A stretch of 64,000 nt of DNA from Thermoplasmatota archaeon (GTDB lineage: Archaea > Thermoplasmatota > JAKEGO01): NCBI GenBank assembly GCA_028279595.1, contig JANQNK010000004.1:64001-128000 (forward strand), read 5' to 3'. The notes under the pieces were generated by a model that was not told the DNA's origin, did not search any database, and was given only the letters and a program-made list of their open reading frames with translations. Both the position numbers and the translations under genes were made by a program. Positions within the stretch are counted from its first letter, which is position 1. The number at the start of each line of letters is the position of its first letter. Below are positions 48,622 to 58,007 of this stretch, piece by piece.

Positions 48622-50799
48622 ATGCCCATCGGACCATCCGGCAACGAGGGATCCGCATCAATGGTGCCACATCGTGTCATCGTATTGGTACTCTTCCCTG
48701 TCCTGTGGCTGCTGGTGACATCGGCCCTGGCCGGGGGTGAGGACCTCAAGTTGGGTGGCGAGGAGGCCCTCACGATCGAGGACCCGCAGGTGTTCGGCAA
48801 CGTTACGCTGACCGGGCACTCCACGCTCATCATCAACGGGACCTCCATGGAGATACGAGGATTGCTCAGGATGAATGACAACTCCCGACTGTTCGTCCAA
48901 GACGGAGTGATGGTGGTGAGACCGCCCGCCCTGGACGAGCACATCATGCCTGTATTCATCCGGGACAGGTCGCTTTTAAAGGCGAGTTCGGGGTCTGACG
49001 TGGTGTTCCATCCTCAGCCGAGCGCCACGAACATCTCGTACATGCTTGCCGACGATTCGTCGAGCTTCATCCTGGTCGATTCCGACTTCTCCTTCGAGTC
49101 GCCGGAGATCATCGACCAGTCTATCGAGCTGGCATCCGTCACGTCGGGTGTCCTGCTATTCTCCAGCTCGAGCTCCTGGACCGTGATCGACTCCGAGATC
49201 GAAGCGTACCTCAACGTCACACCCTCCGGACAACTGAGGAGCAGATGGTTCTGGTGCACTCTTCACCAGAACGCGAAGGTAGAGCTCATAGACTCAGAGG
49301 CATGGATCAACACTCCCCTGAACACCATCTTCAAGCCTATATCCGGAATGTTCCAGATGACTAGGTCTGTGATCTCACAGGGTTATCTCGACGGCGAGGT
49401 CACGGCGACGTTCGCCATTGAGGACAGCGAGGTGGACGGCCTCAACCTGAGGGACCAGTCCCAGATGGTGCTCGCGTCATCGACCGTGCAGACGCTTACG
49501 ATCGGGATCATAGCCCCGTACACCGACGTTGATGAGATGCCTCGCACCAAGGCGACGATCGGGGATGTTGTCGTGAAGGGGAGGACCAGCGTGAAGGGTG
49601 CTGCGACGGTCGATATCTCGGGATCGGTGCTCGATTCCCTCTTCGTTTCAGAGGAGGCGGAGGTTGAACTGTTCGATTCCATCGTCTCTGACACCCTCAC
49701 ATGCGTTGACGTCACCAGTGTCCTGGGTGACAACTGCAGCGTTACGAACCTGACGGTGGATGACGACTGCTGGCTCCACCTCGACAAGTTCGGTTCGGCC
49801 ACGAGGATGGTGATGCGGGAGGGGGGTCCGTCGACCGCTTCACTGTCCAACGGGACCATAGATGAGATCTCGGTGTACCAGGACCATACGAAGACGATAG
49901 TCCTCCGTAGCGTAGACGTCGGGAACATCAGTTTCTGGGACAACGTCACGATGTCGATCGTCGCGGATGATTCCTCGATCCAGGCTTTCCGTCCTTGGCG
50001 TCAGGAGAACATCCACATAACCATGTCGGTGTCGGACTCCGAGGTCCCTCCCGCCGATTTCGATGAGAACATATCGGTCGACGTCTATCACCCTCTCAAG
50101 GTATTGGTCCGAGTGAACGGCATGGCGACCCCGGCTGACCTGAGGGTGTTGGAGGAGTCGGGGGTGGAGACCGTTCATGTGATCCCAGATGGCATCGGGT
50201 GCGTTTGGTTCGACGTGCTGGTCGACACGTACTCGGAGGGCGTACTGACCCATTACAGGAATGTCACGGTCGAGGCGACGTTCCTCGATTTCGAGGGACG
50301 GAAGGAGGAGGTCATGGACTCCTCGAAGACCGTCCGGTTCGATTGGTCCGACCCGTACTCCCCATCGGTCAAAGGGATCTCCCATTCACCGTCATCATGG
50401 AACTCCGACAGGGACCTGTTCGTCACTGCGGATGTGACGGATGCGGATTGCGGAGCCATACGATCGGTTACCCTTAACTACAGCGTCGATGGCTCGCCGT
50501 GGGTCGAGGTCCCGATGTACGAGACCAGTCCAGGGACCTACAAGGCGATGATACCGCGGCAGAGTGCCGGATCCACAGTACGCTACCGGGTCAGAGCCTC
50601 TGACGTGTATGGTAACTACGTAGTCTCGGACACGAGATCCCTGGTGGTGGGGGAGGAGGAGGACCTGTTGACCATGTCCCTCTTCGCCCTCATGGTTGTG
50701 ATGGCGTTGGCGCTTCTCGGCCGGCATGTTCTCAGATACCGAAGGACACGGAGATTCCTTAGGGGCGGAGGACCCAAACCCAAGGGGGTCAGGAAATGA
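48622..50799 (+). CDS. Membrane-anchored surface protein, beta-helix-like with C-terminal Ig-like domain
   Basis: Signal peptide (alternative start 48661); DS.V/L beta-solenoid-like repeats; V.L.YS.DG..W..V.M...Y.A.IP....G..V.Y...A.D; C-terminal TM. Confidence 0.7.
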   Translation: MPIGPSGNEGSASMVPHRVIVLVLFPVLWLLVTSALAGGEDLKLGGEEALTIEDPQVFGNVTLTGHSTLIINGTSMEIRGLLRMNDNSRLFVQDGVMVVRPPALDEHIMPVFIRDRSLLKASSGSDVVFHPQPSATNISYMLADDSSSFILVDSDFSFESPEIIDQSIELASVTSGVLLFSSSSSWTVIDSEIEAYLNVTPSGQLRSRWFWCTLHQNAKVELIDSEAWINTPLNTIFKPISGMFQMTRSVISQGYLDGEVTATFAIEDSEVDGLNLRDQSQMVLASSTVQTLTIGIIAPYTDVDEMPRTKATIGDVVVKGRTSVKGAATVDISGSVLDSLFVSEEAEVELFDSIVSDTLTCVDVTSVLGDNCSVTNLTVDDDCWLHLDKFGSATRMVMREGGPSTASLSNGTIDEISVYQDHTKTIVLRSVDVGNISFWDNVTMSIVADDSSIQAFRPWRQENIHITMSVSDSEVPPADFDENISVDVYHPLKVLVRVNGMATPADLRVLEESGVETVHVIPDGIGCVWFDVLVDTYSEGVLTHYRNVTVEATFLDFEGRKEEVMDSSKTVRFDWSDPYSPSVKGISHSPSSWNSDRDLFVTADVTDADCGAIRSVTLNYSVDGSPWVEVPMYETSPGTYKAMIPRQSAGSTVRYRVRASDVYGNYVVSDTRSLVVGEEEDLLTMSLFALMVVMALALLGRHVLRYRRTRRFLRGGGPKPKGVRK

Positions 50800-51884
50800 T
50801 CGGTGAGACAGGGAACAGGTTGCGATGTCTCATCGGAATTGCGTTCATCGCCTCGATAACCTTGATCCTGATGGTGGGGATGCCGTCGGCAAGCGCAGGC
50901 GGGGAGGACGCGAACCTCCATTCGGTACAAATATCAGCGACGCCTTCGACCCAGGGTGTAGGCGGTATCGTTACGGTCAGAGCCGTGGCACAGCTGTACG
51001 GTGGGTGCTGTTACAATCTTTATGCTGACGACCTTACTGCCGAGCTTACGCTGCCCGACGGCGTCATCCTGCTTGGTGGACCGTCGCCTGAGAGGTACGC
51101 CAGCGTCACGGCCCAACCAGGAGGCGTAGCGACCGAACGGGTCTTCGAGTGGACGGTACGTAGCAAAGCGGTCGGTGTCTACGACCTTGATGTGGTCGTA
51201 AGAAGCCGAAACTGCGGAAACGTGAAGGACAATGTCACGCTGGAATACGTCGAAGGTGCAGCGATATCCGAGCCAGCCTTATTCCCAGACCCTCCCGATA
51301 TGAGGATGGACCTCTTCGTGTCGGTGAACGTTTCCATTGCAATTCGGGATGTCACCGTGGTAAGCGTGAGCGTTTACACGGTCGAGGGAGCAAGAGAGTT
51401 CGTCAAGGCGGAGAACGAAACTCTGATCCTGGAAGGCAACCGGTCCGTGGCCGGCACGTTCACGGTACTGACCGAACACGAATATCAGAAGGGCATATGG
51501 TGGACCAGGCTCGAGCCACCTGACTCTGAGAGGATCGTGCTATGGGTGGTCGTAGTGGGTTCGGATGGGAAGAACACGACGTCTCCAGTATACTCATTGA
51601 GGGCGATCGATCGCGACCGCGATTACCAGGAGTTGAGGGGTCTTTACATGGCCAGCACCTTCATACCTCTCCTGGGCGCGATCGCCGTGATCTATGTCAA
51701 CAACAGATTACTCGCCAAGCGCTTGGAGCCCATCCTCATACGCAGGGGGCGGGCCTCCGAAATAATGGCCATGAGGGCAATGGTCTTCTATGCGGTCCTG
51801 ACCATCGGGGTGATCATGGTGCTCTACGCCCTCTCGGCCGGATGGTTCCAGGAGACCGGCGGCCTCCTCCAGGAGGGGATCTGA
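50796..51884 (+). CDS. Secreted/membrane protein with vicinal-Cys motif and two C-terminal TMs
   Basis: Signal peptide; YGGCCYNLY and RNCG in an Ig-like region; ATGA and TGATG overlaps with its neighbours. Confidence 0.7.
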   Translation: MIGETGNRLRCLIGIAFIASITLILMVGMPSASAGGEDANLHSVQISATPSTQGVGGIVTVRAVAQLYGGCCYNLYADDLTAELTLPDGVILLGGPSPERYASVTAQPGGVATERVFEWTVRSKAVGVYDLDVVVRSRNCGNVKDNVTLEYVEGAAISEPALFPDPPDMRMDLFVSVNVSIAIRDVTVVSVSVYTVEGAREFVKAENETLILEGNRSVAGTFTVLTEHEYQKGIWWTRLEPPDSERIVLWVVVVGSDGKNTTSPVYSLRAIDRDRDYQELRGLYMASTFIPLLGAIAVIYVNNRLLAKRLEPILIRRGRASEIMAMRAMVFYAVLTIGVIMVLYALSAGWFQETGGLLQEGI

Positions 51885-52882
51885 TGAGACCGCGGCTCTC
51901 GACGATCATCAGGACGCCCGCACAGCTCGTTTTATTGCTGATCCTTAACTTCACCTTCTGGGGATCGATCTTCATCTCAGGGTTCCTTCCGATATTAAGG
52001 GTACCGAAGATATTCCCAGGGATGGTCGGAGAGGGGGTGCCGCTATGTACCCTCGGCTCCATCGGCCGGTCCCTCACGGCGTGGTGGCCTCTGGCGATCA
52101 TCCTTGTATTCATCGGTATACTGATCCTGATAGGTGTTCTGGTCGGCAGGGGATTGTGCGGTTGGGCGTGCCCCATCGGATTCCTCCAGGACCTCTTCAG
52201 CCATGCGAAGGCTGCAGTGGGGATCCCTCCGAAGGAACCGCCGACCGGAGTGCACAGGAACCTCATCGCACTCAAGTTCGCGATCCTCGTACTCCTCGTA
52301 CTCCTCTCGATATCCATTGGTGCTTCATACCTCGCGAGTGGTGTGGCCGGGACGACGTTCCGTGGGGAGCAGCCTGGCATGGTCCAGACATCACCTGCGT
52401 GCTCCTATTGCATCACACCGTCGATCCGTGCTGTCTACGATATCTTCGCATTCAACAGATGGTCGCCCAATGACCCGATCTTCTTACTTCAGGCCTCGGT
52501 CGTCGGGATCTTCTTCGCCTTCGCAATGGTAACGCCAAGGGCATGGTGCAGATATCTCTGCCCAGTGGGGGCGTTGAGCTCTTTGTTCAACGGGTTCTCG
52601 ATGCTTCACCTCAGCAAGGAACAGGACAAGTGCACCAGAAATTGTTACGTCTGTTATGACGTTTGTCCGACACGATGTAACAAGGTGAGGGACGAGGCCA
52701 CCGAAGAGAGGGTGAGCGACACGAGTTGCATATTCTGTATGAAATGCGTGGATGCATGTCCTGAGGACTGCCTTCACATCAAGTTCGGTTCGAGAACACT
52801 TTACAGTGGTGGGAAGAGATGGAAGGAAACATCCAGACCAAAGGGTACACGAGGACGGTCGAGGACCAGGTCCAAAAGATGA
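51884..52882 (+). CDS. NapH/MauN-type membrane polyferredoxin (4Fe-4S binding protein)
   Basis: ATG 51884 (track 51542); GRGLCGWACPIG, R.WCRYLCPVG, CTRNCYVCYDVCP and CIFCMKCVDACP; about four TMs. Confidence 0.88.
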   Translation: MRPRLSTIIRTPAQLVLLLILNFTFWGSIFISGFLPILRVPKIFPGMVGEGVPLCTLGSIGRSLTAWWPLAIILVFIGILILIGVLVGRGLCGWACPIGFLQDLFSHAKAAVGIPPKEPPTGVHRNLIALKFAILVLLVLLSISIGASYLASGVAGTTFRGEQPGMVQTSPACSYCITPSIRAVYDIFAFNRWSPNDPIFLLQASVVGIFFAFAMVTPRAWCRYLCPVGALSSLFNGFSMLHLSKEQDKCTRNCYVCYDVCPTRCNKVRDEATEERVSDTSCIFCMKCVDACPEDCLHIKFGSRTLYSGGKRWKETSRPKGTRGRSRTRSKR

Positions 52883-54021
52883 GATCGCGGGAAGCACCGC
52901 GAGGCATGTCGCCATTCTATACGGCAGCGAAGCACATGTTGAGGACTCCCGATGGCCCCTCGGTGGGATACATGTGCGAGTTCGTCCCGGTCGAACTGAT
53001 CGTCGCCGTCGGTGCCACGCCCTACAGGATGTGTACAGGCCTTCAGGAGACAACCTTCAGCGCGGAGGAGTACCTCCCGCAGACCTTCTGTCCCCTGATC
53101 AAGTCCACGATGGGAGCGTACGGAGAGAAGCCGCCCTTCGACCTCGTGGTGATCCCCGCGACCTGTGATGGGAGGAAACACCTTGGAGAGCTGTACTCCG
53201 ACGACGTCAACGTCCATATGATGGACGTCCCGATCACAGGCGAGACCGTCCATGCCAGGATGCTGTGGATGAAGGAGGTGCAGCGGCTCCGGAAGGCGCT
53301 GCAGTCCACGTTCGATAAGAAGATAACTGCAAAGGGATTGAAGAGGGCTATATTGGAGGAGAACGGGCGTCGCGAACTGATGGCCCAGCTCCTCGAGCAG
53401 CGGAAGGGTGACCTCACACTCAGCGGATCGGACCTCATGCTCGTGGCTTTGATGTCCAGGTACATGGATGTGGACAGATGGTCGAAGGCGGTCAATGTGC
53501 TGATAGCCTCAGGCAGTAAAAGGAAGACTCGGAAGGAGGGCCGAACGGACCGATCCGGTCCAAGGATCTTGCTGACGGGAGCCCCGGTAATTCTACCGAA
53601 CTGGAAGATCCCGCTCCTCATCGAGGAATCGGGAGGTGCGCTTGTCCTCGACAGCCTGTGCTCCGGTACCCGCACCATGTGGCAGACGGCGGAGCCGTCA
53701 GGATGGAGCATCCAGGAGATGATGATCGCCATGGCGGACAGACAGATGATGAGCCTGTGCCCCTGCCAGATCCCCTTCGATGCCGCCTGGGCCCGTATCC
53801 GAACGGTAATAGAGGACTTCCAGATCGACGGAATCATCCACCATGTGCTTCAATCATGTCACCCCTTCGGAGTCGAGGCGACCCTAATGAGACGGAGGAT
53901 GGAGGAGCTGGACGTCCCGCTCCTTTCGCTGGAGACGGACTACAGCCAGGAGGATGTCGAACAGCTACGGACCAGGATCGAGGCGTTCATCGAGATGCTC
54001 GAGGGGCGAAGTAACAGGTAG
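52879..54021 (+). CDS. Double-cubane-cluster-type anaerobic reductase (2-hydroxyacyl-CoA dehydratase HgdAB/D family)
   Basis: GYMCEFVP.E, MCTG, FCPLIKS, ATCDGRK, SLCSG.R, CPC, LQSCH and LETDYS.ED.EQL.TRIEAF.EM. ATG 52879 forms an ATGA overlap with the upstream stop (track 52819). Confidence 0.8.
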   Translation: MRSREAPRGMSPFYTAAKHMLRTPDGPSVGYMCEFVPVELIVAVGATPYRMCTGLQETTFSAEEYLPQTFCPLIKSTMGAYGEKPPFDLVVIPATCDGRKHLGELYSDDVNVHMMDVPITGETVHARMLWMKEVQRLRKALQSTFDKKITAKGLKRAILEENGRRELMAQLLEQRKGDLTLSGSDLMLVALMSRYMDVDRWSKAVNVLIASGSKRKTRKEGRTDRSGPRILLTGAPVILPNWKIPLLIEESGGALVLDSLCSGTRTMWQTAEPSGWSIQEMMIAMADRQMMSLCPCQIPFDAAWARIRTVIEDFQIDGIIHHVLQSCHPFGVEATLMRRRMEELDVPLLSLETDYSQEDVEQLRTRIEAFIEMLEGRSNR

Positions 54022-54133
54022 TCGATTCAGATAGTGGAGATCGGGTGGCCTTGGGATCCAAAACCAATAATTTAACAACGTTTAAATAAAGACGGTCTGA
54101 TGTGAAGACAGAATAGACTCTAGAGGTGATCTA

Positions 54134-57100
54134 ATGAGGAGGACCGTTATTGGATTAGCGTTAATATCACTGGCAATGTTGATGATCATAATGCTGGCTG
54201 GAGAGGCAAACGCCTGCTTCAGCTGGGATGTCACCTGCAACGACAGGTCGAACAACGTCGACCGGGACGATTATACGATCTACACCATCCAGGTGGATAT
54301 GTCTCCGGGCTGCAGGAACCAGTACTGGCTGTACTTCGATTTCGATGGGATCCCGTCGGGGTGGGACGCGATGATCCTGGACCAGACGGGGCACGAGATC
54401 CCGGTCAGAACGGAGTTCCATCTCTCGGGGACCGTGACCTACTACTTCAGTGCAGCGGTGTTCGCCCCGCCGGATGGGGGGAATGGCGAGACCGCTTACG
54501 TTACCGTCCTCATCACTGCGGACGACAGGTACAATCAGAACGACACGGAGGAGGTCGAGACCTCCTCAGTCTGCAACGGGGTGGTAAGCCACTCCCCGTC
54601 TGACACCACCCTGGTGGTTACGAACACCACCACGAGCACCGTATCCCTTTCATGGGACCAGGTTGCAGATACGGATTTCAGAAGGTACGAGATTCATCAG
54701 AGCAATGCCACGGATTTCATCCCCGTCATGACCACGAATATCCATGAGATCACCTCCAGAAGCACCACCACGTACGTGGTGGAGGGCCTCTCCGCGGGAT
54801 CGTCCTATTACTTCCGGGTCCGGGTGGTGGACAATGAAGGAAGCTCGACCGGAGGTCCATATTTCACTGACTCGAACGAAGGGAACGGGACCACTACCGG
54901 CGTGAACTACCCTCCATTGCGAGTGAATATCACACAGTCATGGGACACGGAGAACAACAACACGATGCTCGAGTGGGAGGTGAGCGAGGAGGAGGACTTC
55001 AGGATGTACAGGTTCTTCTCCCACCACGAGTCGGGATACAAACCCGGGGCGTCCTTTATGGTACTTGACCTGTACGAGAAGGCGATCGACTCGGCCAGGA
55101 TCTCGGGGCTCTGGGAGAACAAGACCAATTACATAATCCTCCGGGTGGTCGACCAGGGAGGTATGTACAACGACTCCGAGGAGTTCAGTGTATTGACCGA
55201 GGACTGGCTGCCCGAACGAAGCAGGATAACCGAAATATCCGAAGTGACGGACGAGGAATGCCACCTGAACTGGACATCGGCTGGCATAAACGATTTCGAC
55301 AGATACGAACTACACCTGTCGACCGAGTCCGGCTATACGCCGGATGGCGGGACCCTGACCGTTACAGAAAAGGACCAGAGGTACAACTTCACGGACGTCG
55401 AGGACCTCGAGTACTATACGACATACTATGCGATGGTCAGGACCTACGATAAGGGCGGCAACTACGCCGATTCACCGGAGGAGTTCGAGTTCAGGACGGA
55501 GGCGGACGGTGAGGCGCCCGATCCCGTCACTATAAACGTCCCCGGGGAAGGGAACGTGACCGATGATGAGATCCGGATCGACTGGACCGAGAGCACGAGC
55601 AACGATTACCAGAACTACACGGTGTTCCGCGGGAACATCTCCGGCTTCGATCCCGATGACGACTCGGTGATCGTGCTGCACACCAGCGACCGGAAGGAAC
55701 TTGACGTGCTGGACGAGGACCTCGAGGACTACACCAACTACTATTACATCGTGAGAGTGCACGACGTGGAGGACCTGGTTTCCGACTCGGACGAAATGGA
55801 AGTCATGACGCAGCACGACGGCGAGGAGCCAGAGGCCGTGGTCCTGGAGGACCCGGAGGACGAGGACATCACCAGCGATTCGGTGGACCTCAACTGGAGC
55901 CGCTGCACTAGCAACGACTTCCTCTCCTACGAGGTGTACTACTCCACCGAGAAGAACTTTGACATAGAGACGGAAGGGACCATGGAGCGGAACATAACCT
56001 CCCGCTATGTCGGTACGGAGACGGTGAGCGATCTCCTGTCGGAGACCAAATACTACTTCAAGGTGCGTACTTGGGACAACGAGGGGATGTATGCCGACTC
56101 GAACGAGGTCAATGCGGAGACTGAGGAACCACCGCCGGACGAGCAGCCTCCCGAACCGGTGGTCCTGGAGACCCCGACCGAAGAGGACATCGACTACAAA
56201 TCCGTCAAGTTGAACTGGTCCAAGAACGACAATTCGGACTTCGATCGATACGAGGTCCATATGTCGACCGAATCTGGATTCGACCCTGACTCTGGAACCC
56301 TGGAGAAGACGATCACGGATAGGACCGACACAAACGTGAAGGTCTCGGGCCTCGACGCCGAGACGGAGTACTTCTTCGTGGTGAGGACGTGGGACAACGA
56401 GGAACCCGCCCATTACGCGGACTCCAATCAGAAGAGGGCGGTGACCGAAGAGGTGCCCGAGTCGGAGAGGGACCCGGATGGCGTTACAATCCAGAACCCC
56501 TTCACACCGGACATCGAGGGCAACAGCATCGTTGTACGATGGACGGAGAACGAGAACGGGGACTTCGATCTCTATGAGGTCCATATGAGCGAGTACCCCG
56601 GATTCACACCTGAATCGAGCACGAAGGTGGGAGAGATCGATGAACAGGAGACCACATCGTACACAGTGACCGGGCTCGTGGAGTCGACCGATTACCACTT
56701 CATCGTTCGGGTGATCGATACCCAGGAGAGGAGCGCTGACTCGCCCGAAGTGATGATCACTACTTTGAACAATCCCCCTTCCGCTGTAACGATCAACCTG
56801 GCTTCGTCGATCACCAAGGTCTCATTCGACATCAGATGGACCGAGTGCGAGGATGTGGACTTCGAGCGTTACGAGGTTCATGTCTCCACCTACTCCGGAT
56901 TCAATCCAGGAGACTCGACGCACTACGATGACATCACCCGAAGCGGGACCACTGTCCTGGTGGTCGTCGACCTGGAGCCCGATACGGAATATTATGTGGT
57001 GATCGTGGTCGTCGATTCCGAGGGTGCCGAGACAGAATCGAACGAATACTCCGTGATGACCCAGCGGGCCAGCGGGAGCGGTGGCGGCGGTGGTGACACT

Positions 57101-57175
57101 CCTGGGTTCGAGTTGGTCGTGGTCTCGACAGCGATGATCGTCGCCGGATTGATGGTGAGACGCCGAAGGCCTTAA
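54134..57175 (+). CDS. Surface protein with eight fibronectin type III repeats and PGF-CTERM
   Basis: Eight copies of W....DF..YE.H.S...GF.P...L...T.YY..VR..D; C-terminal TPGFE-TM-RRRRP; own TTTAAATA and GAGGTGA upstream. Confidence 0.85.
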   Translation: MRRTVIGLALISLAMLMIIMLAGEANACFSWDVTCNDRSNNVDRDDYTIYTIQVDMSPGCRNQYWLYFDFDGIPSGWDAMILDQTGHEIPVRTEFHLSGTVTYYFSAAVFAPPDGGNGETAYVTVLITADDRYNQNDTEEVETSSVCNGVVSHSPSDTTLVVTNTTTSTVSLSWDQVADTDFRRYEIHQSNATDFIPVMTTNIHEITSRSTTTYVVEGLSAGSSYYFRVRVVDNEGSSTGGPYFTDSNEGNGTTTGVNYPPLRVNITQSWDTENNNTMLEWEVSEEEDFRMYRFFSHHESGYKPGASFMVLDLYEKAIDSARISGLWENKTNYIILRVVDQGGMYNDSEEFSVLTEDWLPERSRITEISEVTDEECHLNWTSAGINDFDRYELHLSTESGYTPDGGTLTVTEKDQRYNFTDVEDLEYYTTYYAMVRTYDKGGNYADSPEEFEFRTEADGEAPDPVTINVPGEGNVTDDEIRIDWTESTSNDYQNYTVFRGNISGFDPDDDSVIVLHTSDRKELDVLDEDLEDYTNYYYIVRVHDVEDLVSDSDEMEVMTQHDGEEPEAVVLEDPEDEDITSDSVDLNWSRCTSNDFLSYEVYYSTEKNFDIETEGTMERNITSRYVGTETVSDLLSETKYYFKVRTWDNEGMYADSNEVNAETEEPPPDEQPPEPVVLETPTEEDIDYKSVKLNWSKNDNSDFDRYEVHMSTESGFDPDSGTLEKTITDRTDTNVKVSGLDAETEYFFVVRTWDNEEPAHYADSNQKRAVTEEVPESERDPDGVTIQNPFTPDIEGNSIVVRWTENENGDFDLYEVHMSEYPGFTPESSTKVGEIDEQETTSYTVTGLVESTDYHFIVRVIDTQERSADSPEVMITTLNNPPSAVTINLASSITKVSFDIRWTECEDVDFERYEVHVSTYSGFNPGDSTHYDDITRSGTTVLVVVDLEPDTEYYVVIVVVDSEGAETESNEYSVMTQRASGSGGGGGDTPGFELVVVSTAMIVAGLMVRRRRP

Positions 57176-57235
57176 ACCTGCAGATGGACTGTCGGGTATC
57201 ACTGACACGACAACAGCAAAACGGTTGGGACGTCA

Positions 57236-58006
57236 ATGACAATGATGACAGCGGGAGTGGACGCAGGAACGACATCGATCAAGGCAACGCTTCTGGTGGA
57301 CGGAGAGATGAGACATGCCGTGGCGGATTCACCGCTGGACCCGAACCGTACAGCATCAAGGCTCCTCATGGGGTTGCTCGATGATGGGGTCAAGATGAAG
57401 GACCTGGACAGCATCATTGCCACGGGACAGTCGCGGAGGAGCATTAAATTCGCCAAGAAGACCGTCACCGAGGTCTCGGCACTGGCCAAAGGGACTGCCA
57501 TTGTCCGCCCGAGTGCTGGAACTGTCATCGACATCGGTGCTCAGGGCGTCCGGGTGGTACACATCGGACCGGGTGGTGAGGTCAAGGATTTCGCACTGAA
57601 CACTAAATGTTCGGCGGGGACCGGGTCCTTCCTCGAGGTCACCGCAGAGATAGTCGGGGTCCCGACATCTCAACTCGATGAACTTGCTGCTGATGCGAGG
57701 GATCGATCGCCAATTAACGCAATGTGTACCGTCTTTGCCGAGTCGGAGGTGGTTAGCCTTGTAGCCCGCGGGGTCGAGAGATCGGATATCGTCGCCGGAC
57801 TCCACCAGGCGATGGTTCGGAACCTGATGACCACCGTGAGACAGAAGGGTACCGTTGGAGAGGTCCTGCTTTGCGGCGGCGTCGTCATGAACACGGACGT
57901 CGTGAAGGTCATCGGAGAGGAGATGGGCAGTGGGGTATCAATGACGGTGGCAGAGGAGCCTCTATTCATCGGATCTCTCGGCGCCGCCGCCCTTGGGGGT
58001 CGATAG
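57236..58006 (+). CDS. CoA-substrate-specific enzyme activase (BadF/BcrAD/HgdC ASKHA ATPase), divergent copy
   Basis: GVDAGTT, TEV.A, DIGAQ, NTKCSAGTG.FLE and MCTVFAESE. Confidence 0.88.
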   Translation: MTMMTAGVDAGTTSIKATLLVDGEMRHAVADSPLDPNRTASRLLMGLLDDGVKMKDLDSIIATGQSRRSIKFAKKTVTEVSALAKGTAIVRPSAGTVIDIGAQGVRVVHIGPGGEVKDFALNTKCSAGTGSFLEVTAEIVGVPTSQLDELAADARDRSPINAMCTVFAESEVVSLVARGVERSDIVAGLHQAMVRNLMTTVRQKGTVGEVLLCGGVVMNTDVVKVIGEEMGSGVSMTVAEEPLFIGSLGAAALGGR

Positions 58007-58007
58007 G

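Noticed and set aside
51884-52882. Nitrate or N2O respiration from the NapH-like and NosD-like domains
   Set aside because: No napA, napG or nosZ; these domains are widespread outside denitrification.
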